From Cyanophora paradoxa CCMP329 (lineage: Eukaryota; Plantae; Glaucophyta), in NCBI GenBank assembly GCA_004431415.1, contig QPMI01000082.1, forward strand, positions 1 to 64,000: a stretch of DNA of 64,000 nucleotides, given 5' to 3'. The stretch's first letter is position 1. Each line of letters begins with the position of its first letter. Below the pieces are notes generated by a model, which made no database searches, had not been told where the DNA came from, and saw nothing but the letters and a program-made list of their open reading frames with translations. Shown here piece after piece: positions 10,601 through 20,450 of the stretch. A program made the translations under genes and the position numbers.

Positions 10601-12541
10601 GCATCGACTTGGTGGCGCCGGGCTGGGGGTACGGCTCGCGGCCATGCGGCGGGCGGCGCGCGGCGGCCGGCCTTGGGCTGGCGACGGCGGCGGCCTGCTC
10701 TCGCCTACCAGCGCTCTCGCAGGGCAAGATAGGGGAGGCCGAGTTCTTCGATACGTTCCGCGATCAGATGATCATGACGGTCGGCTCTTTTGGCCTTCAG
10801 ACGGGCATGTCGTCCGCCCTGAGCGCCCTCACGAAAATGAGGATCGCACGGTGGGCGGACTTGGCCTGTCCATCCTCGCGGCGCCATCGCGCAGTGATCG
10901 TGGATATCATCAACGGGCGCAGCGCGGAAGAAATCGTGAAGAACTTTTCAAGTACCCCGTCGACTGGGCGACCGACACCATACAGTTCATCGCGGAGCTC
11001 TCGCAACAGATCTACGACTGGGCGTCGAGACGTGGGCGACGAGGCGAGCCAGCTGCGCAACCGAATTAATCGGCTGGAGGCGAGCTGGGCTCCGGATTTT
11101 GGGTGTGTACGACCCTCGGAGGCGCGCGAAATGCCTCGCTCTTGGCCCAGGAGCTGCGGTTAAACGAAATCAAGGAGCGAAGGAGCTGCAGGCCTTCATT
11201 CGCGCGCTCGACAACAGCATCAACGATTACCGTACCCCCAAGGACCAGAAGACCCTGCTCGAAATCGATCGCGCGACCGTGCTCTTCCTCTCCAGCTCAC
11301 CGTTAAAATGCAGGAGGCTTCGGGTCGACTTCGCTCGCCCTGAGTCGACTTATGCGCGACCTGAAGCAGATGATAAAGAGGAGACCAAGGGCGGAAGCGC
11401 GTCTTAATTGCCGTCTACCAGGAGGGCCTCAACAGGATCAATCACATCGAAGCCCTAAGGCGCGAATTCGGCTCGGCCATCCGTCACTCGGCGTCTCGTC
11501 GAACGGAGGGCGCAGGTGGCCCGCCTGGCGGACGCCAACTCGCGCCTCGAGATTCCCGGACCTTCCGCATGCAGGATTGGTGGGAGGCCGAGGCCTTCAG
11601 GAATTACGGGCCTTCATAGACAACGGATCAATTCGCAGAGCCCCAAGGCAAACTGGCTGGTACCCAAGGCCTACGTCGATAAATGGTTGACAGGCCTGCA
11701 GCACCATACACCAAGAAGATCGCCAAAGGCATCGAGTACTGGGCGCCCGAGCCAGGCCAGCCGTGTTTGCATCGCAGAACTACGAGTGGCACATGGCGCC
11801 GGGGCGAGCCAGCCGTGAGCACCGTGGGCGTTGCCGTGCCGCAGCTGGCGACGGTGGCACACACGGGGGCGTATGCAGATCTCAGCGGAGGCCGACGATA
11901 CCCGTGATACCAACAACGTGGGCGTGGATAGCATCACGGGAAGCCGAGTACGTATCCCCACGCAGACCACCAGCACACCATCTCTCAGATCAGCGACTGG
12001 ACGGCCCCGGACTTGACGAACATCTCCGTGGATTGGGACAACGTAACGGGCAAGCCACTTACCTTCCCCCCTCTACACACAGTCACAATGTGTACTGGGA
12101 TAATGTCATCGACCGACCCACTTCCTTCCCACCCTCTACGCACAGTCACACAGAGTACTCGCTCACCAGCCACGGGCACAGAAACGTGAACATGGATGCG
12201 TACATAACGCACGGCACGTCCTTCCACTCCTACGCTGCGTACACGGAGTTTAACATCAATTCAACATACACGGTGACGTTCAACATTACATTCGGACAGG
12301 CGTACGACACTGGAGGCGGACTGGGACCCCAGCAAACCCAACGCCGGTTATTAACGTAACCCCCTCGTTCGACATCAATCCGGCGGCAGCACGGATGTCG
12401 ATTTCTACGGGCCAACGTCACGGCGGTGAGTCACACTGGCTTTACAGTTAAAGTGAGATTCCAACCCAGAATGACGGTCACGCCCACCCAAATTGTCCAG
12501 CTTTTATTCATTGGACCGCGATCGGCAAGCTGCTTATGTAA
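7621..12541 (+). CDS. Very large (~1600 aa) putative virion protein: coiled coil, hydrophobic helices, C-terminal phage tail repeats; heavily frameshifted
   Basis: Continuous protein-like + strand segments with no internal start motif seen; E/K/R-rich 8600-10200; hydrophobic 10600-11000; LATVAHTGAYADLSGRPTIP and WDNVTGKPLTFPPSTHSH repeats at 11840-12175. Confidence 0.6.
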
Positions 12542-12565
12542 TCGATTTTCTGATGCAATCCAAAA

Positions 12566-13611
12566 ATGTCGGTCGCTGTCCTCTATTTACCTATGCTGCC
12601 AGCGTGAATCACAAGGGCGATCACACGATTAAGGAGACCACCCTCGGAAACCAGGCCACGAGGCCCCCTACAACGCCACGGCCGTCCCTTTTCCGAGGCC
12701 GACCTCGTCCGCGTCGGCGAGCTGCGCTGCGACAAGATGCGCACGCGGGAGGGCGGTCGGCCGTGCCGGGGCGCGTGAGGACGCAGAGGCTCACCGTCAC
12801 GAACGGGCCTGGGACGGGAGCGGGTACACCACGAATCAGGTGACCTTTAATGGGACTGTGAACGGGAGGGAATGCGGCTCTGTATGTGCAAGGAGGCGGA
12901 GCAAACGTGGTGGGGGCTTAGGGTGAGCGGGCTTCAAACTTGGCGGCATCGTTACATTGGACGATAAGCTGCAAATTACCGGAACGTCACCGTACATAAA
13001 TGGCGGTGGTTCAGGCGTAGCTATAAAGTACAACGAAAACGATAGACTCCTCTGTGGGACTCTTGGCGTTGGTGTTACAGGTACTCTATTTACCTCGGCA
13101 ATCGAAGCCCTACTAATGGCCTAAGCATAGCAAACACTTCAATCGTTGATAGCGGAAGCGTCAGCTCTGGTCTATCCTTGAGAAACAACGGCACCGAACG
13201 ACTGCTGTGCGGAACCGTCGGCGTTGGCATCACGGGTCGGCTCATCGTCTCGACGCTCACGGCGATGGAAACCGAGCCGTTTATTCGGATGCTCAAGGAT
13301 ACCTGACAAACTCGTCGAGCGATAGCCGCCTGAAAGAAAATGTCGCGAGCATGTCGGGCATTCTCCCTCTTCTGCTGCAGCTGAATCCCGTGTCGTTCAC
13401 CTGGAAGAACACATCCTCGGGGGTTCGAAACGGATTACGGTCTCATCGCACAGGAAGTCCAAGGCGTCTTCCCGAGTCTCGTTTTCGAGAACGCGGATGG
13501 ATTTCTCGGGTAAACTACGACAGGCTCATTTCCCTGTCGTTGAAGGCAATTCAGGAACTTTCACAAGAAGTTCAAACTCTCAAAGACCAGGTAGCGGCAC
13601 TGGCGAGCTGA
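12566..13611 (+). CDS. Fibre protein with C-terminal peptidase S74 intramolecular chaperone, frameshifted
   Basis: SSSDSRLKENV (~13318), LNPVSFTWK, YGLIAQEVQ.VFPE, VNYDRLISLSLKAIQEL then a coiled coil; internal RLLCGTxGVGxTG repeat. Confidence 0.85.
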
Positions 13612-13631
13612 TCTGGAACAACTAGGAATAA

Positions 13632-15750
13632 CTACACCGCGAGTATCACAATTCGACCGTTGCCACCGTCGCTGAAAGACGAGCCACCGTTGCCGCCCCT
13701 ACCAATGCCTGCTGCGTAGTGAGCGTCTCCGCTATTTCCTGCCACCTGGCCGGACCCAGGATACACCGTAGCATCCGTCAAGTTTCCTATGTAGCTCGAG
13801 CCACCGCCACCTCCAAACATTCTTGCTATTGGTTCTCTGACACTCCGCTCCTGCTGGACCCAGAGCCTCCACCGAAGTAACCACCACCACCACCACCACC
13901 GAACCTGTAGCCGCTTGAATCAGGCCCAGTCTCTCCACCTTGGCGCAAAGTTCCCGGGTTGCTGGCCTGGCCCTGAGGCCACAACACCGGCTCCGCCAGC
14001 GTTTGGGTGCCTCCTTGAGCCGGTATCTCTCCGGTTACTCCAACCAACCCAGCCGCACCACCGGTCAACCCCCCGCCTACTCCCCCGCCGCCATTCGAAT
14101 CACATGTACCCCACCTCCGGCCCCTGCAACAACCAAGTCGGTCCCTGCAACGCGCTGAATTGCAGAACGACCACCACCGGCGCCGTTTTTGTACTCCGGA
14201 TCGACGCTATGGCTCCAGCCCTTCCACCACCTCCGTAGACGGTAGCAGTGGCAGTCCCCGATACACCCTTTGGGCCGCCGCATCCAACAACAAGGATGAG
14301 CGTCTCCCCGAGGACACAGCCAATGTACCAACTACGCAAGCACCCGCGCCTCCACGGACCCCCGTACCTGCGCGTTCTCCGCCTCCACCCCGGCCGCCCA
14401 TACGATGACACGCACAGCCACAGTCCCGTTGGTACTACGAAAGTCTGGTCGGCCCCGGTGTAGGAGAATGTACCCAAAACAGGAGCGTTTGCAGTTGTTG
14501 CACTGGCAGACGAGGACTGAGGGCCTTCCTCGCCGATCTGGTTGACGCCCTTGATGGTGTAAGTGTAAGTGGTTCCGTAAACGGTCGTTGTGTCCGAAAA
14601 GGGCTGCTCGTGTCGCTGGCAAGGAACACGCCACCCTGTAGATGTTGTAGGAGACGGTGACGCCGTCACCGGCACCGACCACTCGAGCACAACAGGCTGT
14701 GCTGCCCCCGCCGCGGGGTTGCAGTGAGCCCAGTGGGCGCCCCCGGTCCGTGGTGACGTACGCCGCAATACTCTTCGGCCCTCCCTCCCGTGTTCGTCGC
14801 GGAGATCTGGTACTCGTACCCTGTACCCCAGACGGTGGTCGTGTCGCTGTAGGAGTTGGTCGCGGAGTCTGTGAGGTAGGCCCCGTCTCTGTAAATCTTG
14901 TATCCCGTCGCTCCCGTGGACGCAGTCCAGCTGAGGCTGACAGGCTGCTGCTGGTCGTTGGGTGCTGATGCCGTCACGTTCGTGGGGCGTTTGGCATAGT
15001 CCAGACCAGGAGCGGATCGGACTTGTCGTATTCGACACCGCCCACGATGCCGGCCACCTGGTAAGAGTATTCCGTGCCCCACGTAAGAGCAGTGCTATCG
15101 TCAATGTACGAGGTAGACAGGGCACTGCTCGCAAATCCGATTGGCGTACCGTTCCTGTAAATTCGAATCGAGTCCGCGCCCTCCATGGCCACCCAGTTGA
15201 TTGTGACGACTATGGCGGGTTTCGGGAAGCCCGAAGACGCGGGCCGCCCCGGCAATAAAATCGCCGTAGGTCTGGGCCGTGCGGTCGTGAGCGTGGTGTA
15301 GGCTTCGATCTGCGGGCTGAAGCCGCCTATGCCTTGGAAGAGAATGTAATTGCTCATGGCACCCTCGTGGTGTAGAGAAGCGACTGTGCGTAGGTTGTGG
15401 GCGGGGCTTTGCCATCAGAGCCCGTGCTGCTGCTGCCCTGTTCGCGAACCGCCGCCACGCGGTAGAGTCGCTGGGCCCCAAACTAAAGGGAGAGTCCGTG
15501 TAGGTGACGGTTGGCGCATTCACCGTGGCCACGAGATCCCAGGGCCGTTGATGCTGGTCGCCCTGTACACCTTGTACTTGACGGCGTTGGTGACCGCGAC
15601 CCAGTTCAGCTGAAAGCCGTACGTACTGTTCCCGTTGTTGAGCACGGAGCCCGATCGCACCTGGGGCCTGCCCACAGTCAGCGAGATCGGCTCCACGCCA
15701 TACTGCGGAGCCTGCACCACCTGCTTTTTCACGAATACGAAGCGGGGCAT
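13632..15750 (-). CDS. Fibronectin type III repeat protein with C-terminal glycine-rich (ALK/LTK-like) domain, frameshifted
   Basis: LNWVAVTNAVKYKVYR, LSWTASTGATGYKIYRDG, YTYTIKGVNQIGEEGPQS; [45 protein letters not shown]. Confidence 0.82.
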
Positions 15751-15788
15751 TTTCCTCTACGATCCGAAAAAATATCTGCCCCGGGTAA

Positions 15789-16465
15789 ATGACTTCCAAC
15801 TGGTACCAGACCCTCAGCGGCTCACTTGACGTTGGCAACAACACCAAGGATTTCGCACGCATACCCTCCGGCAGTTACGTCGACGTCTTTCTGCAGAATC
15901 CCGTCGTGATTCAGGTCGTTCAGAACGCCTACGCCACGCCCAAGATTTATTCCTACCAGCTCTTCTTCGACCCTCTGAGCCTCAGCGCAGAGGTTATCGA
16001 GCTGCTGCACGAATCAGGACTCGTGAAAAAGGTGGCACCTGCCACGGCCACTGCCAACGTCTTGCGCTGTCTCGAGGTCAAGTTCAGGGAGACGGGTACG
16101 GCCCCACCGTGAACCGGTACCCCAGTTCTTCGAATCTTCCGGGTACGGGAACTTACCAGATGAGGGGTACGCTCAAGGGCGACGTGCTCTTCACGAAATT
16201 CAATCCAAGTCCCGCGACCCTGGGGCCCTCTACACGGGCGGCAACCCACGCGGCTCGACTCTACCCCGCTTCCCCTTCACCTTTTTCAGGTTCCAGGTCT
16301 TCCCCTCTCCTACGCCGCCGACCAGCCCACTTCAGCACGGGCGCCAGCCTCTGCGCGGAGCTGCGTGAGTGCTCGATTTCCTACGCGTACGGCACCGACG
16401 CTGACTCTGTGCCTGGGGCCCGCGTCATGAACATCGGTGGCGACATCACCCTCTTTCACGGATAA
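15789..16465 (+). CDS. Viral orphan protein A, paralogue of the next gene
   Basis: ORFs 15789..16112 and 16109..16465 joined by frameshift; shares sequence blocks with the gene at 16489. Confidence 0.7.
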
Positions 16466-16488
16466 TCTTTCTCATTTGAGGTCGCAAA

Positions 16489-17299
16489 ATGCCGACCACC
16501 TCGGCCACCATCGTGAAGACCGTGTCTGCCGGCTCGATCGTCCCCGATTTCTACGGCAACGCTGGAACGTGGCCAACGCAGGGACGGACAAGGTGGAGTG
16601 GGACGGAAACTACGCCACCCCGCTCACCGTGAGGGTCCAGAATCCCGTCATGTTGCGCGTCACCTCCAACGATTTCGAGAATCCCGCCTCCTGCTCCGTG
16701 TACGTGTACTTTGACATCGACTCGGGCGTGAGCGCGGATGAGGCGGAGGCGCTCTGGCTCTCGGGCCTCCTGAAAAAGATAGAGCCCTCTGTGCCTGATC
16801 GGCCCGCCATTCGCGTGCTCGAACTCAAGTTCACCGCTAACACCGCCCTCACTCGCAAATTCGGGAATGGTGCGAATCCGAACATCAAAACGCATTTAGA
16901 TGGCGCCCTCATCGATGCCACACACAAGACCACGCAGGCCGTTCCCTTTGAGATGTACAACCTCTGGAAGATGACCGCAAAGGAGATGATGACGAATGCC
17001 ACCACGGGCGGCGCCTCGGGTACCGATTATTCATACGGCGCCTCGAATCCCGTACCCAGGTCTGGCCCCGGCTCCTCTTCACGAAATTCACTTTCAAATT
17101 GTACAACAACATCGCCGGAATGCCTACCTCTGGAATGGTCGTGGGCTCTACCCTCATGGCCGAACTAATTGAGGCAGAGGCGGACTACACGACTGCGACT
17201 ACCAACTCGACAGCGCCAGGCGCCGGAGCCGAAGTTTACGTGGCCTGGGAAACGGTCGGTCGCGAGTACGACACCAAGATTCACACCACTAGCGTCTAG
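16489..17299 (+). CDS. Viral orphan protein B, paralogue of the previous gene
   Basis: Motif-preceded ATG 16489; QNPVMLRV, SGLLKKIEP, RVLELKF, LFTKF, GSTLMAEL. Confidence 0.7.
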
Positions 17300-17335
17300 A
17301 CTGGCTAAGCTGCATTAGCACCTGTGTCGCCTCCA

Positions 17336-17653
17336 TCATCTCCCGAATCTCCTCGCTCTTCTCCTGTAAATTGGCGTACCCCTCCTCTTCTTGCGAATCT
17401 CCGACATTGATGCCCAGCGCAGGTTCTCCCTCCTGTAGTCCAGCGGGTTGCCGTTGATGTGTTCCACGTAGCGTCCACGTGGCGACTTCCCGAGGATCAG
17501 CTGGGAGAGGTAGTGCTTGCGCCCTCCGAACGTCTTGCTCACCCTGTCCCTGTCCACTCTCCAGGGAAACTCCAAGGCACTCGGGGGTACGTCCGAGTTG
17601 ACCAGGACGTTGTAGGCGACGTCTTGCGAGTCGGTGCACCGGAGCAGGGCCAT
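17336..17653 (-). CDS. HNH endonuclease-like protein
   Basis: YLSQLILG...VEHINGNPLDYRRENLRW. Confidence 0.8.
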   Translation of the reverse strand: MALLRCTDSQDVAYNVLVNSDVPPSALEFPWRVDRDRVSKTFGGRKHYLSQLILGKSPRGRYVEHINGNPLDYRRENLRWASMSEIRKKRRGTPIYRRRARRFGR

Positions 17654-17677
17654 TTTGCTCTAGGTTCGGAAAAACCT

Positions 17678-17758
17678 GGGACTTGGGACTTGGGACTTGG
17701 GACTTGGGACTTGGGACTTGGGACTTGGGACTTGGGACTTGGGACTTGGGACTTGGGA
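17678..17758 (+). repeat. (GGGACTT)x11 tandem array
   Basis: Counted directly. Confidence 0.98.
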
Positions 17759-18183
17759 AGAGTTGAAACCCAGGTCCCGGCCCAGACTTTCTCCAGGATC
17801 AGAAATTTGTCAGACAAGTCAGGTGAGTTTTTCTACCGACTTTTTTACTCCTACCACCCCTCGTACTCTTTTTTACTCGTAGTCTTTTTTACTCGTATCC
17901 CATCTCGTACCCTCCTTCTCTCGACATCTCGCACGAATACTCCTACCCCTCTTCACATCCTTTTTCGGTTGCATACTCTCGTGAGCTTTCATGTCCAGTT
18001 TCATGCTACAAGTCGTACACCAGTTCAGACTCTACCTCGCTTGAAATCTCACCTGGAATGTCACCAGAAACGTCGTATCCAGAATTCCGTACCCCTTTCT
18101 AAGTCTGCCCGGTGGTTAGGGACTTGGTGCAGCAAACTCTCAGATCCAGAGAAAGTCTGGGCCCAGACCCTGAGTCTAACTCT

Positions 18184-18229
18184 TCCCAAGTCCCAAGTCC
18201 CAAGTCCCAAGTCCCAAGTCCCAAGTCCC
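18184..18229 (-). repeat. (GGGACTT)x6 array, inverted relative to the array at 17678
   Basis: AAGTCCC x6 on the + strand. Confidence 0.98.
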
Positions 18230-18303
18230 AGGATCGCGCCAAGTCGTAACTGAATAGTCGGACAATTTTTACAAGTATGTACAGTGGAATGACGCAATAC
18301 TAT

Positions 18304-19532
18304 TTACAGCATCTCAAAATCAGAGTCATCATCGGAAACCAAGTCAATCGGTGCATCGGGCGCGGACTTAAGGGGAATGCGGGGAAGGGCCTGCGCTGCC
18401 TGCACTAAGTCCTGCCGCTCCTGCTCGCGCTGCGCCGCCAAGGCCGCTGCCGCCTCTGCCTCGCGCCGCTGCTGAGCCTCGACGCGCGCCCTAAGTTCCG
18501 CTGCCTCCTTCTTCTTGCGCTCGGCAATCTTGGCCAGCGTCATCTCGCGACGAAGAAGGCGCTCGTGACGCAACTTGCGCCGGAGTTCGGCCATTTCGCG
18601 CTTGGCGATGATGCGCTTCTCAATGGTCTTGACGTGCTGAGTCAGGCGCTCGGTGTAGTGTGACGTCACGCGAGAACGGGCAATGCCAGCGCCGATCTTC
18701 AAGTCTTTTTCGTGTTCCTTGGCGGGATTCTTGACTCGCTCGGAGTTGTCGGTGAATGACGTGGTCTCCATGAACTTCTTCTTGACGATTGACTTGGTCT
18801 TGATAATGCGGCGCTTGCGAGTCGGGTTTTCGTTGTCGCCTTCAGAGTCAGAAGACGACTCAGAGTCGTATGGAATCGGCACGTCAAAGTCGATGAAGTC
18901 GTTGATGTCAGACTCGGCGTCAGAGGCCTCGGACGTGGCGTCATCGGCGGGCTGAGGGGCGGGCTCGGCGACGGGCTGAGGGGCAGATGACGACGATGAC
19001 GGAGGGGGGTAATTCGTGAAGACTTGCGGGGGGTAGGCCCAGGCGAGCGTTTCGGCGGCAGACTCGGCGAAAAGCTTGGGGTCGCCCCAGCCAGTGGGAG
19101 TCTTGACCCAGCCGGGGACGGGGGGCACGTCGTCAGAGGGCTTGGGAGGGGGGGCCTTGGTGTTGCGCCAGTACGTGCCGGTCCACTCCCAGTCGGAATA
19201 AGGCCAGGCTGCAAAAAAATGGGAGAAATCAGCCAAAGTCGAGAGGGAAAATCAGAGGGGCTCACCGGGGGGGCCATCGGCCCAGGCCTTGTAGCAGGGG
19301 TGAAGTTTGGCGCCTTCTTCTTCTTCGAGGGGGTGTACGAATCTCCCCTCGACGACGGCCTCGACGGTTTCGTGGAAGGGTACGAGGTAGAGCTCGCCTT
19401 CGTACGTCTCGTACTTGTACCGGAGCAGCTGAGCGCGCCGTTGCATGTCGGGGGTAGGCTGTTGTCCGGACTTGTGCAGATTGCGGGCGGCGACGAGGTC
19501 TATGTCGAGGGCGGGGATAAGGCTTGGGCATC
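18304..19532 (-). CDS. Orphan protein (Trp/Pro-rich, acidic, coiled-coil) with a spliceosomal intron at 19265..19209; start at 19446 or 19532
   Basis: Removing the 57-nt GTGAG...TTTTTTTGCAG intron joins ORF 19252..19446 in frame to the 310-aa ORF (ADGPP-A-WPYSDW). Confidence 0.7.
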
Positions 19533-20036
19533 TGCGCCAAAGGGAAAATCGTCAGGCAAAGGCAAAACGTGAGGTGACTGTGAGGGCGGACTTGCACGGA
19601 TTCGGAGAGGCAGAGTTTGCTTGGGCTGAGAGAGGCGGCGAACCCGTTTCAAGAGTGAGCCAAAATGGCGGCGGACCGCGGTTTTGTGGGTGATTTTTTT
19701 CGCGGTCTAGTTCGCAACGGAAAACGTTGCCAACTGGCCTGAAAAAAGCCAAATTTAGCGTTGGGCCGAAGGCAGAAAAAGGAGCCGGCCTGACGGAAAT
19801 CGCCCGAGTGCGTCCGCCGAAGGTCGAGTCTCGGATGGGGGTACACCCTCAGGGGGCCCCTGGTCCCTCACCCTGGTAGTACCCTCTCAAAGGGATTTTC
19901 GAAGCCGTACAATTCTTGGTAAGTCTCGTAGTCCGGGCTGTACCCCTCACAATCTGCGGGAGCCCCATTGAAAGCCTCCGTCTGTCCTCTCTCAATTCCC
20001 TGCGGAAAAGACTGCGGTCGCTTCGAGCTTCGCGCG

Positions 20037-20336
20037 TCACGCCAGCTGGGCGTGGTCTATGATTGTTAGGGTTGTCGTAGCCTGGCCCACCAGCCTCACG
20101 AAATTTTCGCGTACGGCCTCGGGGAGACTCTGGAAACGGCTCGTCGCGTGGAACTCAATCCATTCATTGAATCGACGCGGATATTGACGGATGACTTCAA
20201 GCACGCCCTGTGTGTTGGGCTCTGGTGTTATGTCGGGAATGTCATGTCCTGTGAGGTGCCAACGCCAGAACTCGCGCAGCCTTTCGAATGCCATCTGCAA
20301 CTCAAAGGGGAAATCGTAATAGAGATTGCCTGACAT
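20037..20336 (-). CDS. Viral hypothetical protein (99 aa)
   Basis: Intact MSGNLYYDFPF... frame; ATTTTCGGA motif plus AAAAATG. Confidence 0.65.
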   Translation of the reverse strand: MSGNLYYDFPFELQMAFERLREFWRWHLTGHDIPDITPEPNTQGVLEVIRQYPRRFNEWIEFHATSRFQSLPEAVRENFVRLVGQATTTLTIIDHAQLA

Positions 20337-20393
20337 TTTTCTCCCCGTCCGAAAATTTCCCCGCTTTTGGGTCCAGACTCTGATTTTAACTCT

Positions 20394-20450
20394 TCCCAAG
20401 TCCCAAGTCCCAAGTCCCAAGTCCCAAGTCCCAAGTCCCAAGTCCCAAGT
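20394..20450 (-). repeat. (GGGACTT)x7 array
   Basis: AAGTCCC x7 on the + strand. Confidence 0.98.

Noticed and set aside
11840-15750. Bacterial prophage or contaminant
   Set aside because: The phage-like fibre domains sit among eukaryotic-virus core genes, share their upstream motif and show no evident Shine-Dalgarno pattern.
15789-17299. Major capsid protein call for the paralogue pair
   Set aside because: Each is only ~225-270 aa and shows no recognisable double jelly-roll MCP motifs.
17459-18297. ORFs containing LGLGTWD / PKSQVPS repeats (also 20228..20606)
   Set aside because: They are translations of the heptamer arrays.
17678-20450. CRISPR array or true chromosome telomere
   Set aside because: There are no spacers or cas genes, and the arrays are short, internal and in both orientations.
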